Shown: piece by piece, positions 1 through 11,840 of the stretch
Layout of the letters: every line of letters begins with the position of its first letter
Position numbering within the stretch: the first letter of the stretch is position 1
NCBI GenBank assembly: GCA_030390025.1
Contig: CM059432.1
Location: 11,656,001-11,720,000, forward strand
Reading direction: 5' to 3'
DNA from: Squalus acanthias
Taxonomy: Eukaryota
Length of the DNA stretch: 64,000 bases
Notes under the pieces: model-generated
Databases searched by the model: none
What the model was told of the DNA's origin: nothing
Seen by the model: the letters and a program-made list of their open reading frames with translations, nothing else
Translations under genes and position numbers: made by a program

Positions 1-89
1 AAGGTCTGGGCTATCTCTCCCTAAAGGAAAGGAACAACCCGAGAATGTTACCGTCCTCCAGATAGTGCTTTTAATAAGTTTAGCTAGAC

Positions 90-2929
90 TGTAACGTCCC
101 GGATATTATGAGGGTCCGGAAAACTCCCTCAGAATTCTGTAACTCTTCACCAAAGAGTGTGCAGAGATTGAGTCGCGAGTTATTGATACAGAAGAATTAT
201 GTGAGATAATTCTAAAAATATATAGAGATTTATTAAAAGAACCGACATGCAATTTACAGTTGGTGAATCAGTCAATCGCAACGTTAACAGTTCTAAAAAG
301 AGAAAAAATACTATCTTATTATTAACAGAGAATCTTACTTTTAAATCTTAACTTCGCTACAGTATTACAGTTCTTAAAGTTTTCGATACAGGATATCCAT
401 CAATATCAAATACCTTTGATCCCCGAGGTACAAAGAGTTGGAGACCACAGAGCCGCCTCTGAAGCTGAGAATCGCTTTTCTCGATTTAAAGCGAGTCTGA
501 TATCCCATTTGAAACTTCAATATTTATACCCTTTTTCAGTTGTATTTCCTTTAAAGTTTCTGCTGACCCAAGTTAATTATCCCTATTCATCTTTCTGCCG
601 ACCTCTGCAATTCTTACTGATACATCAGCTTGTAATATTCCAGAATCTTGTCTCATCTCCAGGTATTCTGGGTTGACCATATAAAACGGTGTGAAGGGTA
701 GGTGTTCCTTATTTTATGTCATCTTTACGAGGGCAGATGTTCCTTATCTTATGTGCCATCTTTACGAAGTTTAAATTAGAACACCTTATCCAGGGTGAAT
801 CATTGTTTTTGTTCCCAAAGGTCAGCCTGTCGGAGCCCTTCACCTTCTGTTTCAATAAGGTTATTTATTCAGGGTCAACAACTGTCTTATCTCAATAGCC
901 AGAATTCTTTCATAGCTATTTCATAGTTAGGTTTCTAAATTTCCAAACCCAGTTTGTCATGTTTTAATAAGGCCAGAATTCTTTCATAAGATACTGTATT
1001 TTTCTGAATAGGTTGTATGGCTTATTCCTTCACAGTCTGACCTGACTAGGCATATCTCCCAGTCTGAGCTGACTAGGTATATCTCCCTGACTGACCTGAC
1101 TAGGTATATCTCCCAGTCTGAGCTGACTAGGTATATCTCCCAGTCTGAGCTGACTAGTGAAATATCCCAGACTGACCTGACTAGGTATATCTCCCAGTCT
1201 GACCTGACTAGGTATATCTCCCAGTCTGAGCTGACTAGGTATATCTCCCAGTCTGAGCTGACTAGTGAAATATCCCAGACTGACCTGACTAGGTATATCT
1301 CCCAGTCTGAGCTGACTCGGTATATCTCCCAGTCTGACCTGACCCGGTATATCTCCCATTCTGAGCTGACTAGGTATATCTCCCAGTCTGAGCTGACTCG
1401 GTATATCTCCCAGTCTGACCTGACTAGGTATATCTCCCAGTCTGAGCTGACTAGGTATATCTCTCAGTCTGACCTGACTAGATATATCTCCCAGTCTGAC
1501 CTGACTCGGTATATCTCCCAGACTGACCTGACTAGGTATATCTCCCAGACTGACCTGACTAGGTATATCTCCCAGTCTGAGCTGACTAGGTATATCTCCC
1601 AGTCTGACCTGACCCGGTATATCTCCCAGTCTGAGCTGACTAGGTATATCTCCCAGTCTGACCTGACTAGGTATATCTCCCAGTCTGAGCTGACTAGGTA
1701 TATCTCCCAGACTGACCTGACTAGGTATATCTCCCAGTCTGAGCTGACTAGGTATATCTCCCAGACTGACCTGACCCGGTATATCTCCCAGTCTGAGCTG
1801 ACTAGGTATATCTCCCAGTCTGACCTGACTAGGTATATCTCCCAGTCTGACCTGACTAGGTATATCTCCCAGACTGACCTGACTAGGTATATCTCCCAGT
1901 CTGAGCTGACTAGGTATATCTCCCAGTCTGAGCTGACTAGGTATATCTCCCAGTCTGAGCTGACTCGGTATATCTCCCAGACTGAGCTGACTCGGTATAT
2001 CTCCCAGTCTGAGCTGACTCGGTATATCTCCCAGTCTGACCTGACTCGGTATATCTCCTAGTCTGACCAGACTAGGTATATCTCCCAGTCTGAGCTGACT
2101 AGGTATATCTCCCAGTCTGACCTGACTAGGTATATCTCCCAGTCTGACCAGACTAGGTATATCTCCCAGACTGAGCTGACTAGGTATATCTCCCAGACTG
2201 ACCAGACTAGGTATATCTCCCAGACTGAGCTGACTAGGTATATCTCCCAGTCTGACCTGACTAGGTATATCTCCCAGTCTGACCAGACTAGGTATATCTC
2301 CCAGACTGAGCTGACTAGGTATATCTCCCAGACTGACCAGACTAGGTATATCTCCCAGTCTGACCTGACTAGGTATATCTCCCAGTCTGACCTGACTAGG
2401 TATATCTCCCAGACTGAGCTGACTAGGTATATCTCCCAGACTGACCAGACTAGGTATATCTCCCAGACTGAGCTGACTAGGTATATCTCCCAGTCTGACC
2501 AGACTAGGTATATGTCCCAGTCTGAACTAACTCGGTATATCTCCCAGTCTGACCAGACTAGGTATATCTCCCAGTCTGACCTGACTAGGTATATCTCCCA
2601 GTCTGACCTGACTAGGTATATCTCCCAGACTGAGCTGACCCGGTATATCTCCCAGTCTGACCTGACCCGGTATATCTCCCAGTCTGACCTGACCCGGTAT
2701 ATCTCCCAGTCTGACCAGACTAGGTATATCTCCCAGTCTGACCTGACCCGGTATATCTCCCAGTCTGACCTGACTAGGTATATCTCCCAGTCTGAGCTGA
2801 CTCAGTATATCTCCCAGTCTGAGCTGACTAGGTATATCTCCCAGTCTGAACTAACTCGGTATATCTCCCAGTCTGAACTAACTCAATATATCTCCCAGTC
2901 TGACCTGACTCGGTATATCTCCGCCAACA
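90..2929 (-). mobile_element. Probable LTR-like element with an expanded minisatellite in its U3-like part; left boundary uncertain
   Basis: Minus strand begins TGTTGG at 2929, with TATAAATA at 528-521 and AATAAA at 234-229. A 17-bp direct repeat lies at 898-914 and 972-988. No convincing TSD. Confidence 0.4.
1033..2922. repeat. 27-bp minisatellite, ~70 copies
   Basis: Unit CAGTCTGA(G/C)CTGACTAGGTATATCTCC; the 9-aa periodic ORFs (SQSDLTRYI, GDIPSQLRL) confirm the 27-nt period. Confidence 0.97.
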
Positions 2930-3324
2930 ATACATTGAGTCCCTTTGAAGTCTCAGGAAATGGGAACTCCCAATGTGTAGAGTCCCTGTCCCTCCCTTAC
3001 GACGAGAGTGTCAAGTTCCAGCCATTAGGGAGAGAAGCTCCTTTAAAAAAAAAAAATTCTTTATTCCTCATCTTCTGTGGCCTCAATCTGATCTGTTGGA
3101 GAGCTGTACTGATTGAATTTTGTGGAGAAATTAGTTTTAAACTCATGTTTTTCGCTGGTAGCAGTCCCATCTGATGCAAGAGGCTCTGCCCCGCTTGGTT
3201 GTGCTTGGATTGGAGGTCAATGGCACTTCGGCAGGGCTGTTCATTGTTTTAAACTTGAGAAGGGACAGAGTGTCATTGTTCAGCTTGTGTTCAACACTGC
3301 CTCCGATCAGTTGTGCCATTCAGT

Positions 3325-3772
3325 AGAATTACATCGAATGTACCGGACTGAAACAGGCCATTCTGCCCAACTGGTCTATGCCGGTGTTTGTGCTTCACAC
3401 GATCCTCTTCCTTCCTTACTTCATCGAACCCCATCAACATACCCTTCTATTCCTTTCTTCCTCATGCGCTTATCTAGCTTCCCCTTAAATGCATCTACGC
3501 TAATCGCCTCATCTGCTCCCTGTGGTCGCGAGTTCCACATTCTCACCACTCTCTGCGTAAAGATGTTTCTCCTGAATTTCTTATTGGTGACTATCGTATA
3601 TTTATGGCCCCTAGTTTTGGACTCTGCCACAAGTGGAAACATCTTCTCTACGTCTATCCTATCGATCCCCTTCATAATTTTAAAGATCTCTATTGGGCCA
3701 CCTCTCCGATTTATTTTTTCTAGAGATCAGAGCCCCAGCCTGTTCAATCTCTCCTGATCGTTGTACTCTCTC
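3325..3772 (-). mobile_element. CR1-clade LINE 3' fragment
   Basis: ORF 3421-3675 (...FPLVAESKTRGH...FTQRVVRMWNS...) is the CR1 ORF2 C-terminus, followed by a CR1-type 3' UTR. Confidence 0.85.
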
Positions 3773-4189
3773 AGTGTGCAGTCTCTTTACAACATGCTTT
3801 GGAACAATGTGATCCTGCTTATAGTGCTACATATTGATCCTTCTAAGAGTCTAAAAAAATCCTTTTTTGTTTTGTGTATAGAGTTACTCATTTTTCTTTT
3901 ACAAGAAACATTCAAGGAGACAGTACTGAGTCACAAGTAAAATCAGAGTTGGGAAAAAAATTCCTCTTGATCAAAATTTCATCTGCTATTTCTCGCAAAA
4001 TTGCAGAGCTCTATGAATATTTTCAACAGAACAAACATTTACTAAAGTACTAGTACTGACAGAAATGTAGGACAGAGAAAAATTGGGACAACGTGAAGCA
4101 AGGTTTGTGGGTAGATGACATGCACCCCACAGAATATTTTTGTAATACTATATTGATGATAAACAGAGTGGTCCTGGATGTGGCCGTGT

Positions 4190-4480
4190 GATCAAACATC
4201 ACATGATCAGATGTCACACGATCAAACGTCACACGATCATATGTCACGTGATCAAACGTCGCATGATCAGATGTCACACGATCAAATGTCACATGATCAT
4301 ATGTCACGTGATCAAACGTCACACGATCAGATGTCACGCGATCAAATGTCATATGATCAGATGTCAAGCGATCAAACATCACATGATCAATGTCACGCGA
4401 TCAAACATCACATGATCAGATGTCACGTGATCAAACATCGTGTGATCAGGTGTCACGTGATCAAACTTCATGTGTTCAAA
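4190..4480. repeat. 15-bp minisatellite (GATCA[A/G/T]A[C/T]GTCACA[C/T]), ~19 copies
   Basis: GATC recurs every 15 nt; 5-aa periodic ORFs (HDQMS). Confidence 0.92.
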
Positions 4481-5608
4481 CCTCCAGGGGTACGTCCAAC
4501 CAGTGTTGACAGCCCGAGGAGTATCTGGGTCCCAGTCTAGATTCTGACTGGTCCAGTGGATTACTGCTGATTTTCGGGGTCAGTTTAATTATACAGAGAG
4601 GAAGACTGCTTGAACCAAATGAAGGGGAAGTTCTTATAAGACAGTCTATCTGAGCTCTTCATTGTAAGATTATCACTGCACTCTTTATTAGAGTTCTTAA
4701 GTACAATATCATATTCTGCACACTAATGAAAACGCATTTTTAGTTTAAAAAAAACATTCGCCTCGATTTTTACAGGGGTGGGTGGTGCACAGGAGAGCCC
4801 AGTAGTGAGCGAAGAACCTGGCAAGGCCGTGGTCGTGGAGGCCAATGTTCCCCATAAGGCGCGCGTCCGCGCCTCACTCGGGAGGTCCCGCACAGGCCGC
4901 TGACGAGCTGTTGCCGCTGGAAGATACCGTGCACGTTGCGGCTTAATTCCTGGAAACTCCAGGAATGATCCTGGAGGGTTGGCCGCAGTACCTGTCCCGG
5001 ATTCAGTGGCGAGTTGTGTAGTGAATTGGCGCTGGTGCCTCCGGAGGTGCCGAGAACCCCTGGAAGAAGATATAAAGGTTGCCATGAGAGAAAGGGAGCC
5101 ATTTTCGTCCTGGTTGTGGACAGAATGAAAAGGGTGGAAGGCAGGAGTGATTAAATGACATGAAACCAGCAAGTGCATTGTTGGCCTAAGGACTTCTTTG
5201 AGAAAGTGTCTGCAGCCAGGAAGTAAATGCTGCCCTGGGCTAAACTGGTTAAATTATGAGGACAGGTTGCATAGACTAGGCTTGTATTCCCTTGAGTATA
5301 GAAGATTAAGGGGTGATCTAATTGAGGCGTTCATGATGATTAAAGGAGTTGATAAGGTAGATAGAGAGAAACAATTTCCTCTGGTGGGGGTAGTCCAGAA
5401 CAAGGAGGCGCAACCTTAAAATTAGAGCTAGGCCATTCAGGGGTGATGTCAGGAAGCACTTCTTCACACAAAGGGTAGTGGAAATCTGGAACTCTCTCCC
5501 CCAAAAAGCTGTTGAGGCTGGGGGGTCAATTGAAAATTTCAAAACTGAGATGGATAGATTTTTGGAAATACTCAGCAGGTCAGGCAGCATCTGTGGAGAG
5601 AGAAACAG

Positions 5609-5645
5609 AGTTAACGTTTCAGGTCAATGACCCTTCGTCAGAACT
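5609..5645 (-). ncRNA. Minimal type I hammerhead ribozyme motif (antisense arm)
   Basis: Minus strand reads AGTT-CTGACGA-A-GGGTC(ATT)GACCT-GAAA-CG-TT-AACT. Confidence 0.8.
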
Positions 5646-5651
5646 GGAAAA

Positions 5652-5688
5652 AGTTCTGATGAAGGGTCATCGACCTGAAACGTTAACT
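5652..5688 (+). ncRNA. Minimal type I hammerhead ribozyme motif
   Basis: AGTT-CTGATGA-A-GGGTC(ATC)GACCT-GAAA-CG-TT-AACT: stem I AGTT/AACT, intact core, stem II, palindromic stem III (AACGTT), NUH=GUU. Confidence 0.8.
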
Positions 5689-5980
5689 CTGTTTTTCTCT
5701 CCACAGATGCTGCCTGACCTGCTGAGTATTTCCAGCATTTGCTGTTTTTATTTCAGATTTCCAGCATCCGCAGTATTTTGCTTTTGTATTGATAGATTTT
5801 TGTTAGGCAAGGGTATTAAGGGATGCGGAACCAAGGCGGGTAGATGGAGTTAAGATACAGATCAGCCATGATCGAATTGAATGGCCGAACAAGCTCGAGG
5901 GGCTGAATGGCCTCCTCCTGTTCCTAAAAATGTTTTCTGTCATCCTTCTAAAATGGATTTTTTCACCCCATCCATCACAG

Positions 5981-6211
5981 GTGATCGAATCCATGGGAAT
6001 TCTTGTTTACAAAGCCTTGGATTGGGGCCTGAAGGATAATGAAGAACGAGAACTCAGCCCGCCACTTGAACACTTGATAGATCGCATGACAAATATCCTG
6101 GATGAGGGACTGGCGGCAGAAGGAAACTTTGATGAAGGATACGACGCTCAGGATGAAGAGGAAGAACAGAAAGAAATTATCACCATAAGAAATTTTAAAC
6201 ACGTAATGATG
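5981..6211 (+). CDS. SPIRE1: Spire actin nucleator (SPIRE1-like), internal coding exon in the KIND domain
   Basis: Acceptor ...catcacag| and donor |gtgagt; 231 nt, phase 0/0. Encodes [38 protein letters not shown]...IRNFKHVMM, matching the Spire KIND motif YKALD[YW]GLxxxEERELSP. The paralogue (1, 2 or other) is not certain. Confidence 0.93.
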
Positions 6212-6504
6212 GTGAGTCCTCGCTTTATTTTAAATGATCATATCCTGTGCGACATGTTGTCTTGTATAACGGATATTCATTTATGGGATACTCATAAACG
6301 AGCGTAATAACTCTCACCAAGCAACACAGACCTATTTGCAATCAGGACTGACCTTTTGCTCACTATTTAAATATTTGCAGTTTTATGTTGACCTCACGGC
6401 GATCAGAGTAAGATAGATCAGTGAAATCCGTTACAAAGATGTGTGGCGCAACGCTGTACAATATAGGATTGGAGATTGGTGCCTTACCGGGGGAATGATG
6501 AGGA

Positions 6505-6820
6505 TAACATAGAATTTACAGCACTGAAACAGGCCATTCGGACCAACTGGTCTATACCGCTGTTTATGCTGCACACGAGCCTCAGTTGATTCAGGTAAAC
6601 TAACCTCGTGCCAAGGATTGCAATGAACCATCTAACCCTATCGGCATAACTTTCTATTCCTTTCTCCCTCGTGTGTTTATCCAGCTTCCCCTTAAATGCA
6701 TCTATGCTAGTCGCCTCAACCACTCCCTGTGGTAGCGAGTTCCACATTCTCACCACTCTCTGGGTAAAGAAGTTTCTCCTGAATTCCTCACTGGATTTAT
6801 TAGTGACTAGCTTATATTTA
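6505..6820 (-). mobile_element. CR1-clade LINE 3' fragment
   Basis: Encodes VRMWNSLPQGVVEATSIDAFKGKLDK, followed by the 3' UTR. Confidence 0.8.
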
Positions 6821-6974
6821 CAAGTTTAAAAGAAAAGAGGCCCCCAGATGAAAGATGGTTAATATGCTCACCAAACGCTGCTTCTCCCGGAGACTAAATA
6901 ATAAAACGATTTGTTAGCTTGCCTGGGTATTCAGAAATACGCCTCTCAAAGGATTTGGAGATGGGAAAGAGTGT

Positions 6975-7510
6975 GGGGGCAAATCAACTAGCGCCTGGGC
7001 GCAGCGCCGCTAACGCCTCCCGCGAAATTCAGCAGGAGGTTAGTGGCGGCGCTAACCGTTAGCACCGCGCGGCGCTGTGCCGCCAGCGATGACGTCATCG
7101 CTGTGCGCAGCGCCCCACGACTTACCGCCGGACGCTATGTCCACCGGGATCAGGGGGGCCTACCAGCGGCCGGGGCGGCGCTAGTTAAAGGGGAGGTGGC
7201 AGGTGGCCATTTTTGTTGCTGGCCACCTGCCAGCACCTACCCCCCGTTGCTGTCCCCCGTGAAGCCCCTCCGCGGGGTGCCGGCACTCCCAATCCCTGGT
7301 GGCCCAGCTGGGCGCCGGGGCGCGCTGCGCCAGGCCCCTCCCCTTTAATAAGGGGAGGAAGGCCTGCAGTACCGCAGCATATAGCGCCGCGGTTTTGGCT
7401 CGCAGCGCCCCAAGAGGGACGCGGGGCGCTTCCAGTAGCGCCCCTCCTCCCTCTCGGGACGCGACCTGGGAAAATCGGCGCCCAAAGGGGGCGCTACCCA
7501 ATTTTTACCC
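6975..7510. mobile_element. GC-rich non-autonomous DNA transposon (PIF/Harbinger-type MITE)
   Basis: Reverse-complement relative of 24240-24723; ends ...CAATTTTTACCCC. Confidence 0.65.
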
Positions 7511-8421
7511 CTATGGGTTTTACTATGAGCAAGGGAGTCAAAGTTGGAGACGAGGAAGTGGTTTGAGCAGATCGACATTGAGCATTAAGAAAAGTAAATC
7601 TAATTCGTAATGAAGCAGTAAGGCATTCTATTAGTTAACCCACGCAAATACTGTAATAGCTATGTGATTGGTGAATGCAAATACACCCTGGAATACCCTG
7701 AAAATGCTTCTCCAGGACTCACTCGTCCATTTCAATATTCAGTGTATCTGATACCTTACAGATGCAACTTCTATATTTTTAGCTGTCTACATCTCTACAA
7801 AGGTGATAAAAAATTATAACACAGTTGATTCAGATAAACTAACCTCTTGCCAAGGATTGCCAACGAGTTCTATGCGTTCCCACTTGACAGATTTCCTGAC
7901 CAGAGCTTTAATTCTTTAACGTGTAATCCTGATCCAAGTATTAAACGTTCGTCTGTTTATCCGTGTTTTAATTTCTCAGCGCGCTGCATGTCATCAATCA
8001 TCATTGACACGCCGACAGCTTTGTGTGAAATGATCACATATTGTATCGATGAGTTTTGATACTGATTAATGTGCAACGCGACTGATTTAATTGGGCAGAA
8101 GATAGGAAAGTGCGATTGCCAGCTGCGTCAGAAACAGCTGGAGTGCAAGCAGATCGTTGGTAGCTTAAACTACCGTTGTTTCAATGACAGTTTAATTGCA
8201 AGAATTTTATGGCTGCAATCTGCTGTAACTATTTTTGTTGCATCCTTCGATTTAAATTTGGGTGGTCTCATTCTTTTAAAATGTACACCAGGGCACGTTA
8301 ATTAATAAATGGAGCACGCAGTAACTTTGCTGTTTCTAGCGTTTCGCTCTCATTAGGGAGAATATTCTGCTCCCGTCCATCTGGCGTCAGGCAGATTTGG
8401 GGCAACACTGTGGGCGGCGAG

Positions 8422-9102
8422 ATAGAAAAAAACATAGAAAAATAGGAGCGGGAGTTGGCCATTCGGCCCTTCGAGCCTGCTCCGCCATTCAATAGGATCA
8501 TGGCTGATCCTCTATCTCAATACCACATTCCCGCTCTCTCCCCATACCCCTTGATGCCTTTTGTGTTCTAGAAATCTATCTATCTCCTTCTTAAATATAT
8601 TCAGTGACTTGGCCTCCACAGCCTTCTGTGGTAGAGAATTCCACAGGTTCACCACCCTCTGAGTGAAGAAATTTCTCCTCATCTCAGTCCTAAATGTCCT
8701 ACCCCGTATCCTGAGACTGTGACCCCTCGTTCTAGACCCCCCCAGCCAGGGGAAACATCCTCCCTGCATCCAGTCTGTCTAGCCCTGTCAGAATTTTATA
8801 CGTTTCCACGAGATCCCCTCTCATTCTTCTAAACTCTAGTGAATACAGGCCTAGTCGACCCAATCTCTCCTCATACAACAGTCCTGCCATCCCAGGAATC
8901 AGTCTGGTGAACCTTCGCTGCACTCCCTCTATGGCAAGTATATCCTTTCTTAGGTAAGGAGACCAAAACTGCACACAGTACTCCAGGTGTGGTCTCACTA
9001 AGGCCCTGTACAACTGCAGTAAGACATCCTTGCTCCTGTACTCAAATCCTCTTGCAATGAAGGCCAACATACCATTTGCCTTCCTAACTGCTTGCTGCAC
9101 CT
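8422..9102 (-). mobile_element. CR1-clade (HER1-like) LINE 3' fragment
   Basis: ORFs 8732-9100 and 8512-8769 (LVRPHLEYCVQFWSP, FFTQRVVNLWNSLP) joined by one frameshift; 3' UTR present. Confidence 0.92.
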
Positions 9103-9164
9103 GCGTGTTTATAATGATAAAATTGGTGAGCGTTCAGAAGTTCATAGGTTAATCAGAGAGAAAG

Positions 9165-9490
9165 AAAGGAAAGAATTTGCATTTCTATAGCGCCTTTCAC
9201 AACCTCAGGACCTCCCAACATGCTTTACAGCCAATGAGGTACTTTCTGAAGTGTAGTCACTGTTGTAATGCAGGGAAACGCAGCAGCCAATTTGCGCACA
9301 GCAAGCTCCCGCAAACAGCAATGAGATAATGATCAGATAATCTGTTTTTTTTTAAGTGATGTCGGTTGAGGGATAAATATTGGGCAGGTGAACGCCGCTG
9401 CTCTTCTTCAAAAGAGTGCCGTGGGATCTTTTACATCCGCCTGAAAGGGCAGACAGGGCCTCGGTTTAACGTCTCATCCGAAAGACGGTG
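9165..9490 (-). mobile_element. DeuSINE (SacSINE1-type) fragment
   Basis: Deu-domain GGATGAGACGTTAAACCGAGGCCC on the minus strand plus an L2-like tail. Confidence 0.8.
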
Positions 9491-9769
9491 CTTCTTTTAA
9501 ATTGTTTTTTGGGTGTCCTGCGCCGGGGCTGTCTTTCTGTTCTGGGCACCCACATGCTTTTCCTGGACTATAATGGTAAGCTGGAGAGAGAACGAAGACA
9601 CAATCGTCGGACTATGATAAGGGTAAGTGATATGGAGCAGCACGACATCCCCCACACACGTCAACACTTATCACCTGTCGAACGATCTGCTGCCTGGACG
9701 CTACAATTTGGCCACAGAGCTCCTGGAGATTGTGAAAAGGCTCACGTCTGAGGGATAAGTAACAAATCA

Positions 9770-10260
9770 CTTGCTCCAGTCGTCATAACCGGCTGATCAT
9801 CTTATCATTTCAAATTCCAAACCGGAGTCCCTCAAAAGAGTGTACTTGGCTCCATTCTGTTTCATGTCTTCATCAATGACCTGATGGATGTCACCAAACA
9901 TGACCCTCTCTATGCTGACAACACTGCCCCCCCCCCACTGAGTGTGTTAGCAAATCACTGCGGACACAGATATAGACAGCATTGGAAAGTGAGTGGGGGA
10001 AGTGGTGAGCCTCCGTCAAGAGAGTTGGATGCTGATGATGTCTGTTCTGTAAGGGTATGAAAGTACCTTCAGTTACAAATGTTCAGCTCCTTGGCTTGAT
10101 AATCTCATTTGATCTAGGCTGAGGTAAATGTGATGAAGGTGGCTGAAAATGCTGGAAGAAAAGTGAGTTCAGTTCCTCAGCACCTTCAGTGCTCGACAAC
10201 TCCTAAACTCAACTATTGATGACATATTTAACTGTGTTAATTATGTGGCCACTGTTGGAG
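9770..10260 (+). mobile_element. Old, decayed LINE reverse-transcriptase fragment
   Basis: 9825-9925 translates as GVPQKSVLGSILFHVFINDL...YADNT, matching the RT motifs GVPQGSVLGP and YADD. Confidence 0.65.
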
Positions 10261-10284
10261 GCTGAACCAATTTGCACACAGCAA

Positions 10285-10700
10285 GCACCACCTTAAACAT
10301 TCACTCCCTCCACCACCGGCGTACCGTGGTTGCAGTGTGTACCATCTACAAGATGCACTGCAGCAACTCGCCAAGGCTTCTTTGGCAGCACCTCCCAAAC
10401 CCGCCACCTCTTCCACCTAGAAGGACAAGGGCAGCAGGCGTGTGGGAACACCACCACCTCCAGGTTCCCCTCCAAATCACACACCATCCTGACTTGGAAA
10501 TATATTGGCCGTTCCTTCATCGTCGCTGGGTCAAAATCCTGGAACTCCCTCCCTAACAGCACTGTGGGAGTACCTTCACCACATGGACTGCAGTGGTTCA
10601 AGAAGGCGGCTCACCACCACCTTCTCAAGGGCAATTAGGGATGGGCAATAAACGCTAGCCTTGCCAGCGATGCCTAGATCCCATGAATGAATTTTAAAAA
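10285..10700 (+). mobile_element. LINE 3' end, second family (ORF ends ...HHHLLKGN*)
   Basis: Encodes KSWNSLPN...FKKAAHHHLLKGN. The same end recurs at 23410-23850(-), 32305-32650(+), 48172-48420(+) and 57420-57512(-). Confidence 0.75.
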
Positions 10701-10704
10701 ATGG

Positions 10705-11030
10705 TCCCACAAATAGCAGTGAAATAAATGACCAAATCATCTGTTTTTAATGATGTTGATTGAGGGCTAAATGTTGGCCAGAACACCAGTCAAACTCCTT
10801 TGCTCTTCTTTGAAAAGTGCTAAGGGATCTTTTATGTCCACTTGAGAGAACAGATGGGGCCTTGGTTCTACATCTCATCCAAAAGGTAGCACCTCTGACA
10901 GTGCAGCACTCCCTCAGTACTGGACTGAAGTCTCAGCCTAGATTATGTGCTCAAGCCTCTGGAATCAAGACTTGAACCCACGACCTTCTGACTCCGAGGC
11001 GAGAGTGCTACCAATAAGCCAAGGCTGACA
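10705..11030 (-). mobile_element. DeuSINE (SacSINE1-type), diverged
   Basis: tRNA-like head (TGGCTTATTGG...GGTTCAAG) and Deu-domain on the minus strand. Confidence 0.75.
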
Positions 11031-11269
11031 CCTGCATTCAGAGTCTGTGTTCATGGGGGGGTCAAAGGATGAGGGAGGGTGTAGGGGAAACACCTCCAAG
11101 GCAGATAGACATCCCTGGAATCCCTTTGATCATCCTCCTTCATTTGCCTCCGAAAAAATCTCAAGATCGGGGAATGCTAAAAAATATACCAGTTTTGACA
11201 ATTTGAGTTGCAGCACTCTAAGTGTAGCAGCTCACCTTTGAGAGAATGCCCCCTCAAAGGGCAAAACAT

Positions 11270-11840
11270 GAGTTAGAACACTGGTCCGGCCCCAGCTGGA
11301 GCATTGTGTCCAATTCTGGGCACCACACTTTAGAAAAGATGTGAAGGCCTTAGAGAGGGTGCAGAAAAGATTTACTAGAATGGTTCCAGGGATGAGGGAC
11401 TACAGTTACGTGGATAGACTAGAGAAACTCGGGTGGTTCTCCTTGGCAGAGAAGGCCAAGAGGAGATTTGATAGAGGTATTCAAAATCATGACGGGTTTA
11501 GACAGAGTAAATAAAGAGAAATCGTTTCCAGTGGCTGAAGGGTTGATGACCAGAGGGCACAGATTTAAGGTGATTGGCAAAAGAACCAGAGGCGACACGA
11601 GGAAAAATTTTTTACACAACGTGTGGTTAGGATTTGGAATGCGCTGCCTGATCGGGTGGTGGATACAGCTTCAATAGTAGCCTTCAAAAGGGAATTGGGT
11701 AAATACTTGAAGGAGAAAAAATTGCAGGGATATGGGGCAAGAGCAAGGGGGGGAGTGGGAGTAACTGAATTGCTCTTCGAAAGAGCCGGCGCAGACTCGA
11801 TGGACCGAATGGCCTCCTTCCGTGCTGTACTGTTTGTTCT
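11270..11840 (+). mobile_element. CR1-clade LINE 3' fragment
   Basis: Encodes LVRPQLEHCVQFW...IEVFKIMTGLDRV...RIWNALP. Confidence 0.85.

Larger units (their letters stand above)
5564..5790. mobile_element. Penelope-like pseudo-LTR fold-back (inverted) insertion
   Basis: 82-bp inverted arms 5564-5645 and 5652-5733 with 3 mismatches; TSD GATAGATTTTT at 5553-5563 and 5791-5801; hammerhead core in both arms. Confidence 0.85.
5232..5925 (+). mobile_element. CR1-clade LINE 3' fragment interrupted by a Penelope-type insertion at 5564-5790
   Basis: Encodes YEDRLHRLGLYSLEYRRLRGDLIE; 3' UTR GGGCTGAATGGCCTCCTCCTG; the sequence resumes after the insert. Confidence 0.88.

Noticed and set aside
86..2933. 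AGAC/ATAC as the TSD of the LTR-like element
   Set aside because: Only 3 of 4 bases match, which is within chance; the true left end may lie outside the window.
2512..3174. 220-aa repetitive ORF as a real protein
   Set aside because: It is a by-product of the 27-bp period. The ATG comes from one variant unit, there is an in-frame TAG near 2059, and no splice support.
5930..6307. ORF-track 125-aa ORF as a complete gene (likewise 63326-63700)
   Set aside because: Only the splice-site-bounded cores resemble Spire; the flanks are intron read-through.
6975..7510. CpG island promoter with overlapping GC-rich ORFs
   Set aside because: It is a dispersed repeat (inverted copy at 24240-24723); the ORFs reflect high GC content.
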